DNA of 64,000 bases from Minisyncoccota bacterium (GCA_018060985.1 JAGOUZ010000002.1:26396-90395), one strand, 5' to 3'; positions 18,616 through 27,595 are shown, counted from the first letter of the stretch. Numbers and translations are program-made. The notes: a model not told the origin generated them from the sequence alone.

Positions 18616-19003
18616 GCTAGAAGACCGGGTACGCGCCCGGCTTTCCCGTAACCCGATTCTCTATGCGCTTATTGGCGGCGTGGGAATTGTATTATTTTGG
18701 AAAGGAACGTGGGAGACCGCCGAGGCCTACTCTTGGCTCCATGGCCCTGCTTCTATTGTTGCAGGGGTGGTTATTATGCTCTCAACAGGTCTTCTCGTCT
18801 CATTTTTTATTGGCGACAGTATTATCCTTTCGGGTTTTAAAAAGGAAAAAAAGCTAGTAGAAAAGACCGAACAAGAAATTTTAAAGGCAGAAAAGACTAC
18901 TACGGACCAGATTCTGGCAAAGCTCGACCACCTAGAACAAGATATTCACGAACTTAAAAAAGAGGAGCCACAGGCAGCCGAAACAAGCAATAAACTCCTC
19001 TAA
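18584..19003 (+). CDS. Hypothetical membrane protein with C-terminal coiled-coil
   Basis: Internal Met MVRKVIRFFDK. Two TM helices, then a lysine/glutamate-rich coiled-coil. No recognisable family. Confidence 0.35.
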   Translation: MVRKVIRFFDKLEDRVRARLSRNPILYALIGGVGIVLFWKGTWETAEAYSWLHGPASIVAGVVIMLSTGLLVSFFIGDSIILSGFKKEKKLVEKTEQEILKAEKTTTDQILAKLDHLEQDIHELKKEEPQAAETSNKLL

Positions 19004-19005
19004 GA

Positions 19006-19935
19006 CTATTTGCCAGCTCGTAGCGAAAAGTAGATATCCTCAAGCGCTTTTACCGCGTCGCCTGCGGCGATGTTGTTCTGATGGTAGAGCTCGTCCGTGC
19101 AGTCTCCTGCAGCCCACACACCTTCTGTGCTTGTGTGCTGGTTTTTAGGGTTTGTTACTACTCGGCCAAAGCTGTCTAGCTCAACCGTGCCCTTTGCAAA
19201 GTCAGTCGAGGGGAGCATACCAATTTCCACGAATACGCCGGCTACCGGAAGCTCGGTCTTCTCGCCGGTCTGTACGTTTTCGACAACGACGCTAGAGACA
19301 AACCCGCTTCCTTTTACTTCGACCGGCTTGGTGTTAAGCAGTACTTTCATGTTTGGGTGTTTAGTAACAGCCTCAACAGTCTTAGCGTCCGCTTTAGAGC
19401 ACTCTGCACCGCGGTGTACGAGTGTTACCGACTTGGCATAGGCAAGCAGCTGCGCTGCAGTCTCAAATCCTGCATTGCCACCGCCAACCACGAGCACATC
19501 CTGGCCAGAAAAGAGCGGACCATCGCACGAGGCGCAGTAGGTAAGGCCTTTATTTTCAAATTCTGCAGCACCCACCGCCTCAAGTTTTCTGCGCACGCCG
19601 CCGGTCGCAATAAGCACCGCTCGAGCCTCGAAACTTCCGTTTGCGGTTGTAACCACAAAGCCGCCCTCAGGCTTTTTCTCCAACTTCTGCACCCGGCTCC
19701 CAGTCTTTATATCAACAATGTCGCCGGCATAGGCGCGTACGTGCGCCTCAAATGACTTAGCAAGGTCGATGCCAGAAATGTTAACCGTACCTATCCAGTT
19801 TTCTATCCCAACTGAGTCCATCGACTGGCCGCCAAAACTCTCGGTTATAAGAACGCTTTTAAGACGTTTGCGCGCTGCATAGACGCCTGCGGCGACTCCT
19901 GCCGGGCCGCCACCAATGATTGCGAGATCGTACAT
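19006..19935 (-). CDS. trxB: Thioredoxin reductase
   Basis: FAD motif MYDLAIIGGGPAG, redox-active CASCDG, NADPH motif VVGGGNAGFE. 309 aa. Confidence 0.9.
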   Translation of the reverse strand: MYDLAIIGGGPAGVAAGVYAARKRLKSVLITESFGGQSMDSVGIENWIGTVNISGIDLAKSFEAHVRAYAGDIVDIKTGSRVQKLEKKPEGGFVVTTANGSFEARAVLIATGGVRRKLEAVGAAEFENKGLTYCASCDGPLFSGQDVLVVGGGNAGFETAAQLLAYAKSVTLVHRGAECSKADAKTVEAVTKHPNMKVLLNTKPVEVKGSGFVSSVVVENVQTGEKTELPVAGVFVEIGMLPSTDFAKGTVELDSFGRVVTNPKNQHTSTEGVWAAGDCTDELYHQNNIAAGDAVKALEDIYFSLRAGK

Positions 19936-20024
19936 AAAGCTAATTATATCTTAGTGAGGCAAAAACCCTTAGCGCAGAAGTAGGGGGCGTGTTTATCTCT
20001 CCGGAGCTAGAGGTTTTTGCGGAG

Positions 20025-21227
20025 CTATTTAATCTTCGGGCGGCGCAAAAATGAGGGCACTGCGCTCCAGTCATCTTCCTGATCGTCAGGCTTTGGTTTG
20101 GTGTCAGGCTCTTTACGAACATCTTCTTTAATAGGCATGATAGGTGCGTTATAGATTTTGCCTACTGCAGGTGGCACTTCAGCGTCTTTTTCTTTAGCAG
20201 CGTCGCGGGCAAAGTTAAATGATTGTGTAGGGCGTGGTGCACTTATGCCGCTTGCCGGAAAGCCTGTTGCAATAACGGTAACGCGGAGCTCGCCCTTCTT
20301 GAGCTTGTCGTCTTTGATAGCACCGAAGATAATCTTGGCGTTCGGGTCCACAGACTCGGTGATAATTTTTGCAGCCTCGTGCACCTCGAGCATTCCCAAA
20401 TCTTCGCTACCCGCAACGGCAAAGAGTACGCCTTTGGCACCGTTGATAGAGAGCTCAAGGAGTGGCGATGATACCGCTGCATTTGCAGCTGCGGTGGCGC
20501 GGTTCTCGCCTGATGCAATACCAATACCCATAAGCGCGCTGCCAGAGTTTTCCATAACTGCGCGCACGTCGGCAAAGTCTACGTTAATGATACCCGGAGA
20601 TGTAATAAGGTCTGAGATTCCTTCAACGGCCTGTGTCAAAATGTCGTCACACATAGCAAACGCCTGCTTAAGCGTTGTCTCTTTTTGTACGGTTGCGAGT
20701 AGGCGATCGTTCGGCACAATAATGAGTGCATCCACTTCTTTGCGGAGCTCTTCAATACCTTGTTCGGCAAGCCTCATGCGCTGTGCGCCTTCAAATGAAA
20801 ATGGTTTGGTAATGACGCCAACGGTTAGGGCGCCAAGTTCTTTAGCAGTGCGGGCAACAACTGGCGCTGCACCGGTACCAGTACCGCCGCCCATGCCGCC
20901 TGCAACAAATACCATGTCGGAGCCTTTAAGTGCCTGCTGTATTTCTTCTTTGGTTTCGTCTGCGGCGCGCTTGCCGAGCTCCGGGTTCATGCCCGTACCA
21001 AGTCCGCGGGTGAGGTTTTTACCAATGTGGATCTTCTTTTTGGCAGAAGAGTGATGGAGGTCCTGCGCATCAGTATTAACGACGAGGAAGTCCACGCCGC
21101 GCATCTTACTTTCCACCATGTGGTTTACTGCGTTGTTTCCTGAGCCGCCGACACCAACTACCCGTATTCTGGCAAATGCTTCAACTTCCGGTGTTATCTG
21201 TGGCATACGTAAAAGGGAGTATACCAC
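20025..21227 (-). CDS. ftsZ: Cell division GTPase FtsZ
   Basis: GVGGSGNNAVNHM and the tubulin signature GGGTGTGAAPVVA. SD aagggag upstream. Disordered C-terminal tail. Confidence 0.95.
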   Translation of the reverse strand: MVYSLLRMPQITPEVEAFARIRVVGVGGSGNNAVNHMVESKMRGVDFLVVNTDAQDLHHSSAKKKIHIGKNLTRGLGTGMNPELGKRAADETKEEIQQALKGSDMVFVAGGMGGGTGTGAAPVVARTAKELGALTVGVITKPFSFEGAQRMRLAEQGIEELRKEVDALIIVPNDRLLATVQKETTLKQAFAMCDDILTQAVEGISDLITSPGIINVDFADVRAVMENSGSALMGIGIASGENRATAAANAAVSSPLLELSINGAKGVLFAVAGSEDLGMLEVHEAAKIITESVDPNAKIIFGAIKDDKLKKGELRVTVIATGFPASGISAPRPTQSFNFARDAAKEKDAEVPPAVGKIYNAPIMPIKEDVRKEPDTKPKPDDQEDDWSAVPSFLRRPKIK

Positions 21228-21283
21228 TAATGAGGCATCTGCAACCTTTGACAGTAATATTATTTTGTTTTTCCGTGTAAGGC

Positions 21284-22516
21284 TTACGGGAGGAACTTCT
21301 TAAGCCACTTGGTAGTAAGCCGCATTACGTCGGTAAAGCCGCTCTGAGGCGCGTTTTCAAGGTCATTGCCCTGCGTAAAACCCCAGATAGTCAGCCCGTA
21401 GGCCACTGCCCAGGTGGCATCCTTAAGCTCTATTTTAGAGTTTGAGCCTTCAGCAAGGGAAGCGTGGCGTGAGGGGAGCCGCAGTACCGCTTTAGCCGTT
21501 TCTGCCATAGTGTGCACGCTCGAAGCGCCACCAGTGAGTATGACGCCCGCAGGAAGGAGTTCGTTTTTGCCGATCTTTTTTAAGTGTGCTTCAACCAGTT
21601 TAAACATGTCAGAAACGCGTTTTGAAATTACATCGTCAATCTTTTTCTTAGGAAAGGTGCTATGGAGTACGGCACCATGTTTTAACTGCTCCGCTTCCTC
21701 GGGGCTAATACGCAGGCCGAGCGCTAGGTCATTGGTAATGTCAGTGCCTCCCGTTGGGAACACGCGCATAGAAATCGGAATGTTGTCTTCGAATACAACT
21801 ATAGAAAGGGTTTCGGAGCCAATATTGGCCAGCACGCATCCCACGCGCTTCTGCATCTTATTTAATGCCACAAAAGAAGCCGCAAGCGGCGATGCGGCGA
21901 TGTCCTCAACCTCAATGCCAGCTTCTTCTACTGCTGCCACGAGGTCATGCACGTGGCGCTCAAGGCAGGTGATAAAAAGAGTCTCAACAGCAATACGCGC
22001 ACCCTTCATGCCTATAGGGCTTCGGCCCATAACCCGCATGCCGTCTACTGAGTAACGCAGTGGTATGGTGTGAATGACTTTGCGGTTGAGGGTAGATGAG
22101 GGAGAAAGCGCGCCTTCAGCCATTTGCAGTGCTCGGGGTATGTCGCGTGAGGTAATTTCAGAATCGCCGCGCTCAACTACTGTTTCGCCTCTCGCAAACG
22201 CTTCATCGAGGCCCACGCCCGAGACACCAATGTATGCGCGTTTTACTTTTACTTGCGCGGCTTTACTTGCTTGGGCTACTGCAGCTGCAATACTGCGCGC
22301 TACGTCAGGTACGGAAACAACATATCCTTGGCGCACGCCTCGGCTTTCCGCATAACCGGTGCCAAGAATTTTAGGAGCATCGCGGGGGCTCTCCGGGCGG
22401 GCTGCAATAACAACCTTTACCTGGTGAGTTCCTATATCAATGCCGGTTACTATTTTTTGCATGCAGAGAAAAACGCTTAAGGAGCTTGCCTTCAGCGCTT
22501 TCCATTCTAGCACCAT
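21284..22516 (-). CDS. ftsA: Cell division protein FtsA
   Basis: Actin-fold IVTGIDIGTHQVKVV N-terminus. Immediately upstream of ftsZ. Start is either 22516 or the internal Met at 22462. Confidence 0.9.
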   Translation of the reverse strand: MVLEWKALKASSLSVFLCMQKIVTGIDIGTHQVKVVIAARPESPRDAPKILGTGYAESRGVRQGYVVSVPDVARSIAAAVAQASKAAQVKVKRAYIGVSGVGLDEAFARGETVVERGDSEITSRDIPRALQMAEGALSPSSTLNRKVIHTIPLRYSVDGMRVMGRSPIGMKGARIAVETLFITCLERHVHDLVAAVEEAGIEVEDIAASPLAASFVALNKMQKRVGCVLANIGSETLSIVVFEDNIPISMRVFPTGGTDITNDLALGLRISPEEAEQLKHGAVLHSTFPKKKIDDVISKRVSDMFKLVEAHLKKIGKNELLPAGVILTGGASSVHTMAETAKAVLRLPSRHASLAEGSNSKIELKDATWAVAYGLTIWGFTQGNDLENAPQSGFTDVMRLTTKWLKKFLP

Positions 22517-22775
22517 GTTTGAATCCTTTAAGGTGATACAGTCCGTGGATAAAAAGATACGGCACCGTATACGGGGCTGCTGCCTTGCGGCATATCAGGA
22601 TTTCGCCAGAGTTTTTAGAGAGCGGAAAGGAGAGTACGTTAGAGATTTTATCAATTTTTTTGGTCTGTTTGGTCACTTTGCGTATCTCAGCGGGCAATAA
22701 AAAAGCGACCGAAAGGTCGTAATTCTTGCCAAGCACAATATCTTTAAGCTCTTCGAAAAGCTCTTTTTCGCGCAT
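22437..22775 (-). CDS. ybeY: rRNA maturation endoribonuclease YbeY
   Basis: Zinc motif FIHGLYHLKGFKH (H-G-x-L-H-L-x-G-x-x-H). 112 aa. Adjacent to rpsU, as often conserved. Confidence 0.75.
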   Translation of the reverse strand: MREKELFEELKDIVLGKNYDLSVAFLLPAEIRKVTKQTKKIDKISNVLSFPLSKNSGEILICRKAAAPYTVPYLFIHGLYHLKGFKHGARMESAEGKLLKRFSLHAKNSNRH

Positions 22776-23026
22776 TATCTTCGGCGGCCGCGCTGAGTGC
22801 GCTCTACCATTTTGCCCATTTTGATGAGCTCTTGTACCTCTTCACGGCGCTTAATAACCTTAAGCGTGTGCTTGCGGCGTACGAGACGAGACTTGTCACG
22901 TGCATGGTAACGGCGGCCGCGCATCTCTTGGATGAGCCCGGCACCTTGTACGCGCTTAGAAAAGCGCCGGATCAGATTCACCGGCGTCTCGTTTTCGTTT
23001 TTCTGTACCTCTGCGTTAACTGCCAT
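22775..23026 (-). CDS. rpsU: 30S ribosomal protein S21
   Basis: Internal-Met product MAVNAEVQKNENETPVNLIRRFSKRVQGAGLIQEMRGRRYHARDKSRLVRRKH… resembles S21 (…ALRRFKR…RRREFYEKP…). The listed ORF has a spurious N-terminal extension. Confidence 0.7.
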   Translation of the reverse strand: MAVNAEVQKNENETPVNLIRRFSKRVQGAGLIQEMRGRRYHARDKSRLVRRKHTLKVIKRREEVQELIKMGKMVERTQRGRRR

Positions 23027-23057
23027 ATGCAAGGGGACTATAGCACAAAAAGCTCTT

Positions 23058-24236
23058 TTATCGCAAGGTTTTAAGAAAGCGGGGTATATCAGAGAGGGCA
23101 AGGGTGGTTTGGGCGCTGTTTTGCATAGAGCGCACAATCAGGGTGCCGTCCAAGGCCTCGCGCTGACCCATAATAAGGAGGTGAGAGACCCCAAGTTCGC
23201 GGGCAGTGGCGAGCTGGTTCCCAAGGTGGGCGGTATCAAACGACTGTAGCACCGGCACCCTCGCAGCGCGCAGCATGTCTACTACGGTTAGTCCCTGGAG
23301 TTTGGCGCGCAGACCCAGTTGGGCAAAATAGACCTTCGGTTTATAGCTTTTATGTGATGGTGGCTGGCAGGCACTTACCGTAACGCCTTTTTTGCGGAAA
23401 AAAAGACTTGCACCAACGCCCGCGCTGTCTTTGCGGCGCGTCTCACGACGCAAATACTCGTCGTAACGTCCGCCCACGGCACCCACGAGCGTGACGTCAG
23501 GATCTTCAAAGTCGAGTGCAAAGGCGAGATGTGGTCCACGCTCGTCTCCAACCAAGAGGTCATCAAGCTCGTAAGCGAGCCCCAATTGCTCTACATGCTC
23601 GAGTACCGAGCGGAAGTGTGTACGGCTCTTCTCTGATAGGAAGTGCATGGCGCGCGGCGCTTCGCTGACGACATCGTGACAGGTTTGTTTGTCACAGCGG
23701 TACATAGTAAAGGGGTCTTTCATCGCATCGTCTTTGCAGGTGCTATCAAGCCTGGCCGCATGTTTGCGAGCGTGGAGCGCAAGTTCGCGCTCAAAACGGT
23801 TCTGGCTGTCGCGGTCACCCATGGCATTAAGGCGCACACGCGTTACCTTCATGCCCCATTCGCTTGCAATCATAGCGACAGTCTTAATAAGCACCACTTC
23901 GCCAACACTTTCGTTTGTACCAACTACCTGGAGGCCAAACTCTCCAACCTCACGTGCGTTAAGAGCAGGGAGTATTCCTGTTTGTGTTGGCAGGTACATC
24001 GGTGCTGGTGTGGCATAGAAGCCCATCACAGGCTCGCCAGGGCGTGCAGCAGCATGCGCTCCTGCAATCTGTGCCGCAGAGCCAAATGAGTAGAGCGGTA
24101 TGCGCTTGCGCCTTGCAGCGGCAGACAAGAGTGCACGTTCAGGAAGGGCCCGCTCGATGTCTTGCATCGGCTTAAAGCCATAGAACATAGCGACTTCGCT
24201 CGCGTGTTTTAAGAAGGATGCAGGTCCTTTCATCAA
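23058..24236 (-). CDS. Histidyl-tRNA synthetase-like protein with degenerate catalytic motifs (HisS/HisZ family)
   Basis: Class II HisRS motif 3 region (VGAVGGRYDEYL…GVGASL) and C-terminal anticodon-binding domain (VYFAQLG…LLIMGQREALDGTLIVRSM) are present. Motif 1 is missing and the motif 2 arginines (FRxExPQxGRxR) are replaced (MYLPTQTGILPALNAREVGEFG). Confidence 0.6.
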   Translation of the reverse strand: MMKGPASFLKHASEVAMFYGFKPMQDIERALPERALLSAAARRKRIPLYSFGSAAQIAGAHAAARPGEPVMGFYATPAPMYLPTQTGILPALNAREVGEFGLQVVGTNESVGEVVLIKTVAMIASEWGMKVTRVRLNAMGDRDSQNRFERELALHARKHAARLDSTCKDDAMKDPFTMYRCDKQTCHDVVSEAPRAMHFLSEKSRTHFRSVLEHVEQLGLAYELDDLLVGDERGPHLAFALDFEDPDVTLVGAVGGRYDEYLRRETRRKDSAGVGASLFFRKKGVTVSACQPPSHKSYKPKVYFAQLGLRAKLQGLTVVDMLRAARVPVLQSFDTAHLGNQLATARELGVSHLLIMGQREALDGTLIVRSMQNSAQTTLALSDIPRFLKTLR

Positions 24237-24794
24237 TTAATTTTGTGCGGGGGTGCTTCCCGGAAGCAGATTGATTTGTTCAATAGGGAGGAGACGCAAA
24301 AACGCACGGCCGACAATATTTTCTCTTGGTAGGGTGCCCCAAATACGCGAATCTGAACTTTCTGGTCGGTTGTCGCCCATCACAAAGTACTCGTTGTCAT
24401 CAAGAATTTCCGTAATACCATTGCCATTGCCGCGATTAACCAAGTAAGACTCGTTTAGTTCGAGCGTATAACCGTCTTTTTTAGTGATGGTTACGCCGTT
24501 TGAGGTAACCCGTACCGTTTCGCCTGGGAGGCCAATGATCCGCTTGATGAAAAACTGCGAAGGGTCCTTAGGATACTTAAAAATAACCACATCTCCGCGG
24601 TTAGGGTCTTCAAAACGATAGGAGAGTTCGTCAACAATGAGGTACTGCCCGTTGTGGAAGGTCGGATCCATTGAGGCTCCCGACACAATAAAGGGTTGTG
24701 CAACAAAAAGTCGCACGGGTACTACGATCACAACTGCAATAAGAGCAAACTTTAGGAGTTCAGTGAAGAAATTCTCACGCTCTCCTTGTGGCAT
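24237..24794 (-). CDS. lepB: Signal peptidase I
   Basis: Catalytic Ser box VSGASMDPT, Lys box RGDVVIFKYP, and GDNRPESSDSRIWG. Confidence 0.85.
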   Translation of the reverse strand: MPQGERENFFTELLKFALIAVVIVVPVRLFVAQPFIVSGASMDPTFHNGQYLIVDELSYRFEDPNRGDVVIFKYPKDPSQFFIKRIIGLPGETVRVTSNGVTITKKDGYTLELNESYLVNRGNGNGITEILDDNEYFVMGDNRPESSDSRIWGTLPRENIVGRAFLRLLPIEQINLLPGSTPAQN

Positions 24795-24851
24795 GGAGAC
24801 TATTGTAACGCGTGCTGTGCTGCGCGCAAGTTTTGCGGTACATTAGACCAC

Positions 24852-25361
24852 ATGAAGTGGGTATTAGTTGGCCTCGGTAACCCAGGAAGTGAGTACGAAA
24901 ACACGCGTCACAACGTTGGTCGCGAATTTTTAATGGATGTTGCCGACACACTTCCAAAAAAAGCAGTACTCATAACGCCAGATACCTTCATGAACAACTC
25001 CGGCAAGGCAGTTAAGCCGCACGTAACATCGGTTAAAGCGGCAGCACAGATGGTAGTGCTTCATGATGACCTCGATTTGCCGCTTGGTACGGTAAAAATT
25101 TCATTCGGACGCGGCTCTGCGGGGCACAAAGGGGTTGAGTCGGTGGAAAAAGTAGTAAAAACTAAAAACTACGTACGCTTTCGCATCGGTATCTCTGCAG
25201 AAAAGAAGGGAGGCAAGGTAAAAAAGCCCGATGTACTCGGCAAATTTAAGGGAAGTGAAGAAACGGAGCTTAAGAAAGCAAAAAAGAGCGTTAAAGACGG
25301 TCTTGCATTACTTATGACCGAAGGGCTCTCGAGGGCGATGACCGAAATCAACGGCAGATAA
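24852..25361 (+). CDS. pth: Peptidyl-tRNA hydrolase
   Basis: MKWVLVGLGNPGSEYENTRHNVG N-terminus, typical of Pth. Confidence 0.9.
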   Translation: MKWVLVGLGNPGSEYENTRHNVGREFLMDVADTLPKKAVLITPDTFMNNSGKAVKPHVTSVKAAAQMVVLHDDLDLPLGTVKISFGRGSAGHKGVESVEKVVKTKNYVRFRIGISAEKKGGKVKKPDVLGKFKGSEETELKKAKKSVKDGLALLMTEGLSRAMTEINGR

Positions 25362-25363
25362 AT

Positions 25364-25392
25364 AAAAAATCCCCCGAAGGGGATTTTTTATT
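25364..25392. terminator. Bidirectional intrinsic terminator between convergent pth and rpsA
   Basis: AAAAAATCCCC-cgaa-GGGGATTTTTT: a hairpin flanked by A/T runs on both sides. Confidence 0.7.
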
Positions 25393-26491
25393 ATTTCTTG
25401 TCTCCTGCGTAGGCGAGCGCCATGCGCATTTCTTTAGGTTCAAAGAGGGAAATAGTGAAGGGGTAGCGCTTGCCGAGCTCAAGGTTTGAGCGAAGCTTCT
25501 CCTCGGTGCCAAACTCGCTCACATGCACTAGGCCTGCAATGCCTTCCTCGATAGAGGCAAGTGCGCCGTGCTTGTTGAACTTGATAACCACGCCCTCAAC
25601 TTTGTCTCCCTTGTTGTACTTGGTTTGTGCAGTAATCCAAGGATTTTCCTTAAGCTGTTTAACCGAAAGGGATACCTTGCCGTCTTTAATATCGATGATT
25701 TTAACCTTGGTTTTATCTCCAACCTTAAAGAAGTGGCGAGGATCATCCACGAGGCCCCAGTCGATTTCAGAAATGTGGACCAAGCCTTCAAGACCCTCTT
25801 CAAGCTTAACGAAGACGCCGAAGTCCACCATGCCGGTAACCTCGCCCTCAACCGTGTCGCCCATCTGGTAGTTAGCAATGAGCTCCTTCTTCTCTTTGTC
25901 GTCGATGCCTTTCTCCGAGAAGATCAGTTTGCCTTCTTTTGGCTGTGCGCCAATTATCGAAACCGGGATACGGGTACCAACAAGCTTGCGGAGTTCGTCC
26001 AAGATCTTGTCTTTGTCGCCATCGGTAACGCGAGGGTAGTGCTCTGCCTTAAGTTGTGAAGCGGGGAGGAAGCCAGCGATACCCTGCCATTCGAGGATAA
26101 GACCTCCCTTGTTTGCCTCTTTAACCAAGAGGTCGAGAACACGCTTGTCTTTAACAGCCTCTTCTGCCTGTGCCCAAATAATGGCCTGGCGAGCTTCTTT
26201 AAGAGAAAGCTCGATATAGCCCTCGCGATGGTCGGTAGAAATTACTTTAGCGGCTACGCGGTCGCCAATGTTAGTGCGCTTAATAACCTCGCGAGCGTTC
26301 ATGTACTCGCGGCCGTAAATAATGCCTGTGCCAAACGGCGCTAGGTCGATATAGAGGCGTGCGCGGTCGAGTGCGAGCACAGAGCCCTCTACAATGTCGC
26401 CCTCTTTAGGCGGCTCTGGTGCGCGATCAGAAAATCCCTGCATCAATGATACAGGTGCGTCGACCTCCTTAACGAGTTCTTTTGTTGCCAT
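25391..26491 (-). CDS. rpsA: 30S ribosomal protein S1 (short, 4 S1 domains)
   Basis: Repeated S1 OB-fold motifs (GDIVEGSV…, GDTVEGEVTGMVDFGVFVKL…, GDKVEGVVIKF…). 366 aa. Confidence 0.85.
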   Translation of the reverse strand: MATKELVKEVDAPVSLMQGFSDRAPEPPKEGDIVEGSVLALDRARLYIDLAPFGTGIIYGREYMNAREVIKRTNIGDRVAAKVISTDHREGYIELSLKEARQAIIWAQAEEAVKDKRVLDLLVKEANKGGLILEWQGIAGFLPASQLKAEHYPRVTDGDKDKILDELRKLVGTRIPVSIIGAQPKEGKLIFSEKGIDDKEKKELIANYQMGDTVEGEVTGMVDFGVFVKLEEGLEGLVHISEIDWGLVDDPRHFFKVGDKTKVKIIDIKDGKVSLSVKQLKENPWITAQTKYNKGDKVEGVVIKFNKHGALASIEEGIAGLVHVSEFGTEEKLRSNLELGKRYPFTISLFEPKEMRMALAYAGDKK

Positions 26492-26494
26492 AAT

Positions 26495-26690
26495 TATTTG
26501 GTTGTACGACGGGGGTCCAAGGTCTGGATTTACTCCCGCGCGCGTTAACTGTTAATAAAGGTAAACCTTTATTGCCTAGCGGAGCGAGAAAGCTTGCTTT
26601 CTACTGCGGAGCGACGGCAATATCGGGTTCTTCCGATATTGCTGGGCAATATATATCAGAAATAGGGAAGGCGCAAGTATAAAAAGAAGG
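26495..26690 (-). promoter_or_regulatory. Structured 5' leader/promoter region of rpsA (candidate autoregulatory element)
   Basis: Several perfect hairpins: GCAATATCGG-gttcttc-CCGATATTGC, AAAGG-taaa-CCTTT, and a direct repeat GCGGAGCGA flanking an AGAAAGC/GCTTTCT palindrome. No canonical SD before the rpsA ATG. Confidence 0.3.
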
Positions 26691-26726
26691 CCCCGACGAC
26701 GCATGGTGCGTGGTCGGGGCTGGTTT
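26690..26726 (-). terminator. Intrinsic terminator (minus strand) downstream of small ORF A
   Basis: Minus-strand hairpin AGCCCCGAC-cacgcaccatgcgtc-GTCGGGGC followed by a TTCTTTTTA T-tract. Confidence 0.6.
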
Positions 26727-26846
26727 CGGGGGGGTGGTACTTTCGACTTAACGAGCCCTGGGGCTTTGCCTGTTCTCGCCGTAGCGTGAAAAGCCTTAAC
26801 CTTTGGGTTCTGCGTCGGGTTCCTCCTGAAATGTGCGGCGTTGCGA

Positions 26847-26972
26847 TCAGCCGGTGGCGGTCACCTTGTAGCCGGCGGTGAAGGCGTCGACGCAGTGGGC
26901 GCCGTTCTTGGCCTGGTCGAGGACGTGGATGGTCGGAAGCGGCGGGCCGGTTCCGACGAAGCGATTGCGCAT
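26847..26972 (-). CDS. Small ORF A (41 aa) with canonical SD; hypothetical peptide
   Basis: Translation MRNRFVGTGPPLPTIHVLDQAKNGAHCVDAFTAGYKVTATG. AGGAGG lies 6 nt upstream of the ATG. Own TTGACG-17-TAATTT promoter at about 27041-27069 (minus) and own terminator. It sits in the GC-rich islet and is missing from the supplied ORF track (<60 aa). Confidence 0.45.
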   Translation of the reverse strand: MRNRFVGTGPPLPTIHVLDQAKNGAHCVDAFTAGYKVTATG

Positions 26973-27094
26973 AGGGATCCTCCTGTTGCGCGACGATACC
27001 GTCTCGTCCCGAAATTGACGACGGGTGACGGATAAGAATGAAATTAACCCGCAATGCTTACGCCGTCAATAAGGGATGTAAACATTATAAAAAG

Positions 27095-27140
27095 AAAAAG
27101 GGTCCCAATGCTAAGCAAAGGGACCCTAGAATTCCTGGTT
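27095..27140 (-). terminator. Intrinsic terminator (minus strand) between small ORF B and small ORF A
   Basis: Minus-strand hairpin AGGGTCCC-tttgcttagcatt-GGGACCCT followed by TTTTTCTTTTT. Confidence 0.6.
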
Positions 27141-27318
27141 CATCCGAATTTACGGAGAGGGTGAGGTCACACCCTTAGGAATTCTGATGGCGCGAACGCC
27201 CGCTGCAGATCAGCGGGACGAGACGCCGCGGCCGTGGATGGCGACGCCGGCATGAGCCGGGACGACCACCGAGCCGTCGACCTGGTCGATCGAGCCGAAG
27301 CTGATGAGAAAGAAGACC

Positions 27319-27462
27319 CTACACATCGCCCGCGTCGGCGTCATGGCCGATGGCGATCGTTTCGAGGCCGCCGGAGCCGCCGGAATCGTCGGCGCCGACC
27401 CTGGACCACTCGCTCACGGTATGGGGGGTGTTGGGACCCCCGGAATCGAAGAACTTCCGCAT
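27319..27462 (-). CDS. Small ORF B (47 aa) with canonical SD; hypothetical acidic peptide, N-terminus paralogous to small ORF A
   Basis: Translation MRKFFDSGGPNTPHTVSEWSRVGADDSGGSGGLETIAIGHDADAGDV. GGAGG lies 6 nt upstream of the ATG. The listed 68-aa ORF has an N-terminal extension without SD. Confidence 0.5.
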   Translation of the reverse strand: MRKFFDSGGPNTPHTVSEWSRVGADDSGGSGGLETIAIGHDADAGDV

Positions 27463-27513
27463 GCGAACCTCCGTTCGTTGGAAGGGCGGAATTGCCCTGT
27501 TCGATGCACCAAT

Positions 27514-27542
27514 AATATACACCACCCCAGTTTTCCTGTCAA
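27514..27542 (-). promoter_or_regulatory. Sigma70-type promoter of small ORF B
   Basis: Minus strand TTGACA-17 nt-TATATT, with an A/T-rich UP-like tract upstream. Confidence 0.5.
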
Positions 27543-27595
27543 GTCAAGTGGGAAGGGTATTAAAAATGGCCAAAAATAATGCTTTTTTGGCATTT

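Noticed and set aside
20158-21054. 298-aa plus-strand ORF antisense to ftsZ (and similar antisense ORFs inside valS, ftsA, gyrA, clpB, rel, topA)
   Set aside because: Each lies entirely within a strongly supported housekeeping CDS on the other strand and has low-complexity Ser/Ala/Pro-rich translation.
27136-27318. Possible 28-aa ORF or structured ncRNA in the long 3' region after small ORF B
   Set aside because: The ORF (MPASPSTAAASRPADLQRAFAPSEFLRV) lacks an SD. The hairpins (CCCGCTG-cagat-CAGCGGG; AGGGTG-aggtca-CACCCT) could be a 3' UTR structure, but no known ncRNA family motif was recognised.
26656-27579. Track ORFs 26656..27054(-), 26841..27035(+), 27234..27515(+), 27304..27579(+) in the GC-rich islet
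   Set aside because: Arg/Pro/Gly-rich translations without RBS, overlapping the SD-led small ORFs in other frames or strands. Interpreted as GC-composition artefacts.
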